A DNA stretch of 16,389 nt, taken from contig JAQVTI010000015.1 in NCBI GenBank assembly GCA_028700115.1, forward strand, positions 1-16,389, written 5' to 3'. The notes beneath the pieces were generated by a model. That model made no database searches and was not told the DNA's origin. It saw only the letters and a list, made by a program, of their open reading frames with translations. Source of the DNA: Candidatus Iainarchaeum sp. (GTDB lineage: Archaea; Iainarchaeota; Iainarchaeia; Iainarchaeales; CSSED10-239). Positions 12,862-16,389 of this stretch are shown piece after piece (the stretch's first letter is position 1; each line of letters starts with the position of its first letter). Both the position numbers and the translations under genes were made by a program.

Positions 12862-15060
12862 CTAATCCATAAAATATTCTGCAGGTTTTGGTTCAGGATC
12901 CATTCCTTTTCTTTTTCTAATTTCTGTAATTATTTCTTTTTGCATACTTTTTGGAAGTGGTTCATACCCATAATATTCTGCAGTCCAAACAGCTCTACCT
13001 TGTGTTTCTCCTCTCATTTCTTGACTTAAACCAATCATAGATTTTACAGGTATTTTAGATATAAAAATACTTGTATCCCCTTCTGTTTTAATATCTTCAA
13101 TTTGAGCTCTTCTAGAAGATAAAACTTTTGAAACAGACCCCATATAATCTTGAGGAACATTAACAGTTAAATTTTGTTTTGGTTCTAAAAGAATATAATC
13201 TCCAGCTAAAACTCCTGCATAAATTGCTCTAGTTACAGCAGGTAAAACTTGTGCTGGTCCTCTATGAATTGCATCTTCATGAAGTGTAGCATCTTCAAGA
13301 CCAACAATAATTCCAGATACCTTTTCTTTTGCAATTGGACCTTCATTTGTAGCATCTGTAAATGCTTCAATAATTAATTCTTTTGTTTCTAATAAATTTT
13401 GTATTCCTTTTGTTCTATTTATTAAAACACAATTATTATTTATAGCCCAAATATTTTTAGATTCATCTGTACTAAACCCTGCTTCTTGTAATTTTTTAAT
13501 TAAATCTAAATCTTTATTAGGTCTAATTTTTCCTTGATGTTTAATTTTTTTAATTGCATCAAGCATTTCTTTTTCAATAGGTTCAATTCTCATCTTAAAT
13601 TTATTATGTTTATTAGGTGTTTTTCCTTCAACTACAGGTGATTCTTTAGTAGTTGTTTCATAATAAACAACAATCGGAGGAGAAACAGTAATTGGGATAT
13701 TATTATCTTTTTCAATTTTATATTGTGTAATTTCTAGATGTAATTCCCCCATTCCAGATATTAAATGTTCTCCAGTATCTTGATTTAATTCTGCTTTTAT
13801 ATTTGGGTCTTCCTTTGTAATATTATGAATAACTTCTATTAACTTTGGAAGATCTTTAGAATTTTTAGCTTCTACAGAAACTGTCATAACAGGTTCAACA
13901 TCAGACATAAAATCTTCAAAAGGAGTCATTTCTTTTAAAGAAATTGTTTGTCCTACATAAACTTCTTTCATTCCAATAATACAAGCAATATTTCCTGCTT
14001 TAACTTCATCTAAAATTACTCTTTCTGGTCCTAAAAAAACACCAACTTGTTGAACCTTTGCTTTTTTATCAGTTCCTAAAACATTAAGTTCCATTCCTTT
14101 TTTAATAGTCCCTGAATATATTCTACCAGATGCAATATCTCCTGCATGTTTATCTAAAACAACATCTGTAACCATCATAGCTACATCTTCTGTATCTGCA
14201 GTACATGTAAGCATTGCTTTTCCTTCAGTTGTTTCTGGGTCTCCTTTCCATATAACTGGAATTCTATATTTTTGAGAAACAATTGGTGATGGTAAATGTT
14301 TTGCAACCATTTCTAAAAAAACTTCAGAAATAGGTATCTTTTCTCCAAGTTCTTTTTGTTTATCATTTTCTGCAAGTTCAATAACATCTTTAAAAGTTAT
14401 ACTATATTTTTGCATAGCTGGAACTGAAAGTGCCCAATTATGAAAACCAGAACCAAAGCATACAGATCCATCAGCAATATTTACTTGCCAATCTTTTCTA
14501 AATTCTTCTGGTGCATTTTTAACAATTAAATTATTTATATCCATTACAACTTTTATAAATTTTTTTTGCATATCTTCTGGTGTTACATGCATTTCTGTAA
14601 TTAATCTATCTACTTTATTAATAAATAATACAGGCTTTACTCTTTCTCTTAAAGCTTGTCTTAAAACAGTTTCTGTTTGAGGCATAACCCCTTCAACAGC
14701 ATCAACAACTAAAACAGCTCCATCAACAGCTCTCATAGCTCTAATTACATCTCCAGTAAAATCAACATGTCCTGGAGTATCAATTATATTTACAAGATAA
14801 TCTTTATTATTTATTTTACAAGGACAAGAAACATTTGCAGAATTAATAGTAATTCCTCTTTCTTGTTCTAAAATATAAGAATCCATAAATCTTTGTTCTC
14901 CTGCAAGATCTGTAGACATTAAACCAGCAGTAGCAACTAAATTATCAGTTAATGTTGATTTACCATGATCAATATGTGCAATAATAGCAATATTTCTAAT
15001 ATTCTCTCTATTAGACATTAATTTTGCAGCAAGTTCTGCAACTTGTTCTTTTCTTCCCAT
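12862..15060 (-). CDS. fusA: Translation elongation factor 2 (aEF-2)
   Basis: 732 aa. G-domain motifs AHIDHGKST, DTPGH and NKVD are present. The archaeal/eukaryotic diphthamide-site motif LHEDAIHRGPAQ is present. SD GGTGA lies 8 nt upstream of the ATG. Confidence 0.97.
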   Translation of the reverse strand: MGRKEQVAELAAKLMSNRENIRNIAIIAHIDHGKSTLTDNLVATAGLMSTDLAGEQRFMDSYILEQERGITINSANVSCPCKINNKDYLVNIIDTPGHVDFTGDVIRAMRAVDGAVLVVDAVEGVMPQTETVLRQALRERVKPVLFINKVDRLITEMHVTPEDMQKKFIKVVMDINNLIVKNAPEEFRKDWQVNIADGSVCFGSGFHNWALSVPAMQKYSITFKDVIELAENDKQKELGEKIPISEVFLEMVAKHLPSPIVSQKYRIPVIWKGDPETTEGKAMLTCTADTEDVAMMVTDVVLDKHAGDIASGRIYSGTIKKGMELNVLGTDKKAKVQQVGVFLGPERVILDEVKAGNIACIIGMKEVYVGQTISLKEMTPFEDFMSDVEPVMTVSVEAKNSKDLPKLIEVIHNITKEDPNIKAELNQDTGEHLISGMGELHLEITQYKIEKDNNIPITVSPPIVVYYETTTKESPVVEGKTPNKHNKFKMRIEPIEKEMLDAIKKIKHQGKIRPNKDLDLIKKLQEAGFSTDESKNIWAINNNCVLINRTKGIQNLLETKELIIEAFTDATNEGPIAKEKVSGIIVGLEDATLHEDAIHRGPAQVLPAVTRAIYAGVLAGDYILLEPKQNLTVNVPQDYMGSVSKVLSSRRAQIEDIKTEGDTSIFISKIPVKSMIGLSQEMRGETQGRAVWTAEYYGYEPLPKSMQKEIITEIRKRKGMDPEPKPAEYFMD

Positions 15061-15228
15061 AATCTATTTCACCTTTTTTTAAAAAATTTTTAAAAATATA
15101 ATATATATACCCCTACATTCAATAAAATTAACTTAAAAGATAATATACTAAAAACAGGTATATAATATATAATATAAGTAGAGATTTATTTATATAGCTT
15201 TTCTTTAAGTTAACAAATGAAGTTAAAA

Positions 15229-15936
15229 TCATTTATTTTCTAAAATATTATTGATTTTAGAAGTTACATCTAATTTAAAATCATTATATCTTAACATTAT
15301 CTTTAACTTATCTTTATTTTTATAAAAATCAAAAGAAATCTCTTGTCTTGGCTTAATTACATATTTTTTAGAAAATTTAGTCATTTTTTTACCAGTCAAT
15401 GTAGTCAATAAAGCCCCAACAATTACATCATGAGTTATATTTTCAACATGTATAGGTTTAACATCATATTTTTTTAAATCTCCATAAGATTTCATTCTAA
15501 TAAACCTAAATATATGTGCAAATCTATCTTTTACAATTAAATCTGTAATTTCTTTTGGTTGTAAAATAATATTTTTTGGAATTTTATTAGCATACCATAA
15601 TTGATAAAATTTAATAACATCTCCATTTAATTTATTTAATAATAAATCATATAATTTTTCTTTATTTCTTATAATTATAGATTCACCTATACTTTTTCTA
15701 GAAGTTTTTCTAGATATTGAAGACACACCTAATTCTTGTTTAAATCCTTTTTCAATTTCTTTTAATGTTTTAATACATCTATTTTCTTTAATATCACTAG
15801 TATACCCTTTCAAAACTTTATTTTTAGATATATTTTTACCAATTTCTTTTGCTTTTTGAAGACCATATTTAGTTGCATTTCCTTCTTTATCTTTATTTGT
15901 ATGCCTTCTAAAATTTAAACTAATTATTTTTCTCAT
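15229..15936 (-). CDS. Divergent histidine-phosphatase-superfamily (PGAM/SixA-like) protein
   Basis: The N-terminal LNFRRHTNKD ... YGLQKAKEIGKNI ... GYTSDIKENRCIKTLKEI fits the branch-1 pattern (RHG/a ... lTxxGxxqAxxxG ... SpxxRaxqT). A distal ENITHDVIVGALLTTLTG fits the second catalytic His block (vsHggvirall). Its ATG overlaps the upstream stop as ATGA (15933-15936). The assignment is by eye only. Confidence 0.45.
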   Translation of the reverse strand: MRKIISLNFRRHTNKDKEGNATKYGLQKAKEIGKNISKNKVLKGYTSDIKENRCIKTLKEIEKGFKQELGVSSISRKTSRKSIGESIIIRNKEKLYDLLLNKLNGDVIKFYQLWYANKIPKNIILQPKEITDLIVKDRFAHIFRFIRMKSYGDLKKYDVKPIHVENITHDVIVGALLTTLTGKKMTKFSKKYVIKPRQEISFDFYKNKDKLKIMLRYNDFKLDVTSKINNILENK

Positions 15937-16389
15937 TTATTACTACCTTTCTTTAAAATTTTAACAACACCTTTATTTGCATCAACTTCAACATAGTCTC
16001 CTGTCTTTAAAACCTCTGTTGCAATCTTTGTTCCAATCACACATGGTTTTTTTAATTCTCTAGAAACAATTGCAGCATGACATGTAATTCCACCTTCGTC
16101 TGTTACAAAAGCAGATGCTTTTTTCATAGCAGGAAGATAATTAGGCATAGTCATAGGAGAAACCATAATTTCTCCTTGTTTAAAATCTTTTATTTGATTT
16201 ATAGAAGTAATAATTCTAACTTTTCCTTTAACTTTTCCTTTATATCCAATTTGTCCTTTTATTTCTTGAACTTTTGTTTCTTGTTTTTCTAAAGCTAAAT
16301 TTAATTTATCTAATGTTTTATTTATATCTATTTTATTTAATTTTCCTTGATAATAATCATATACATTTTGTATTTTTTTTATTTTTTTT
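15933..16389 (-). CDS. PEP-utilising-enzyme family protein, C-terminal part with the swivelling phosphohistidine domain (gene runs off the right edge)
   Basis: The track ORF (15933..16166) is only the tail. The frame stays open to 16388 (KKIKKIQNVYDYYQGKL...GQIGYKGKVKGKVRIITSINQIKDFKQGEIMVSPMTMPNYLPAMKKASAFVTDEGGITCHAAIVSRELKKPCVIG). TDxGGxTxHAAIVxRE is the PEP-utilizers mobile-domain signature, including the phospho-acceptor His. The protein stops 38 aa after CVIG, so no C-terminal PEP/pyruvate TIM-barrel domain is present. Confidence 0.8.
   Translation of the reverse strand, partial: KKIKKIQNVYDYYQGKLNKIDINKTLDKLNLALEKQETKVQEIKGQIGYKGKVKGKVRIITSINQIKDFKQGEIMVSPMTMPNYLPAMKKASAFVTDEGGITCHAAIVSRELKKPCVIGTKIATEVLKTGDYVEVDANKGVVKILKKGSNK

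Noticed and set aside
12862-15060. EF-2 lying outside the usual rps12-rps7-EF2 (str) ribosomal context
   Set aside because: Gene-order scrambling of translation genes is common in reduced archaeal genomes. There is no sequence anomaly in the gene itself, so it is not evidence of anything unusual.
1-16389. Mobile element, genomic island, alternative genetic code, or hidden tRNA/ncRNA genes
   Set aside because: No transposase, integrase or terminal inverted repeats are visible, and composition is uniform throughout. TAA, TAG and TGA all terminate well-supported genes at homology-consistent positions. No intergenic region contains the GC-rich island expected for structured RNAs in such an AT-rich genome.

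Overview
This is a very AT-rich, gene-dense archaeal window. The archaeal assignment rests on an archaeal-type EF-2 with the diphthamide-site motif HRGPAQ, a DTD2-type D-aminoacyl-tRNA deacylase and a TrmB regulator. GGAGG/GGTGA Shine-Dalgarno motifs precede most genes, and TAA, TAG and TGA all act as stops. By inference it best fits a small-genome, DPANN-like archaeon. I support 16 protein genes, 15 of them on the minus strand. I see no rRNA or tRNA, no CRISPR array and no transposase or integrase.

Left to right:
- the 5' part of ftsZ, truncated by the window edge and missing from the ORF track
- two membrane proteins
- a four-gene operon: trmB, a split MMPL/RND transporter in two half-size genes, and a signal-peptide, C-terminally anchored beta-sandwich surface protein
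- a tightly packed four-gene dTMP operon: tmk, thyA, folA and a P-loop kinase::dCMP deaminase fusion. thyA carries a 1-nt frameshift in a homopolymer.
- a small hypothetical protein
- dtdA, the only plus-strand gene
- a full-length DXR-like protein with all cofactor and catalytic motifs substituted
- an unlisted 56-aa poly-lysine protein built from five 33-bp tandem repeats, flanked by unusually long intergenic regions. These carry a recurring 19-nt motif and an 18-bp perfect palindrome.
- EF-2
- a histidine-phosphatase-like gene translationally coupled to a PEP-utilising swivel-domain protein that lacks the C-terminal TIM-barrel domain and runs off the right edge

All family calls come from reading motifs by eye. 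No database search was run.
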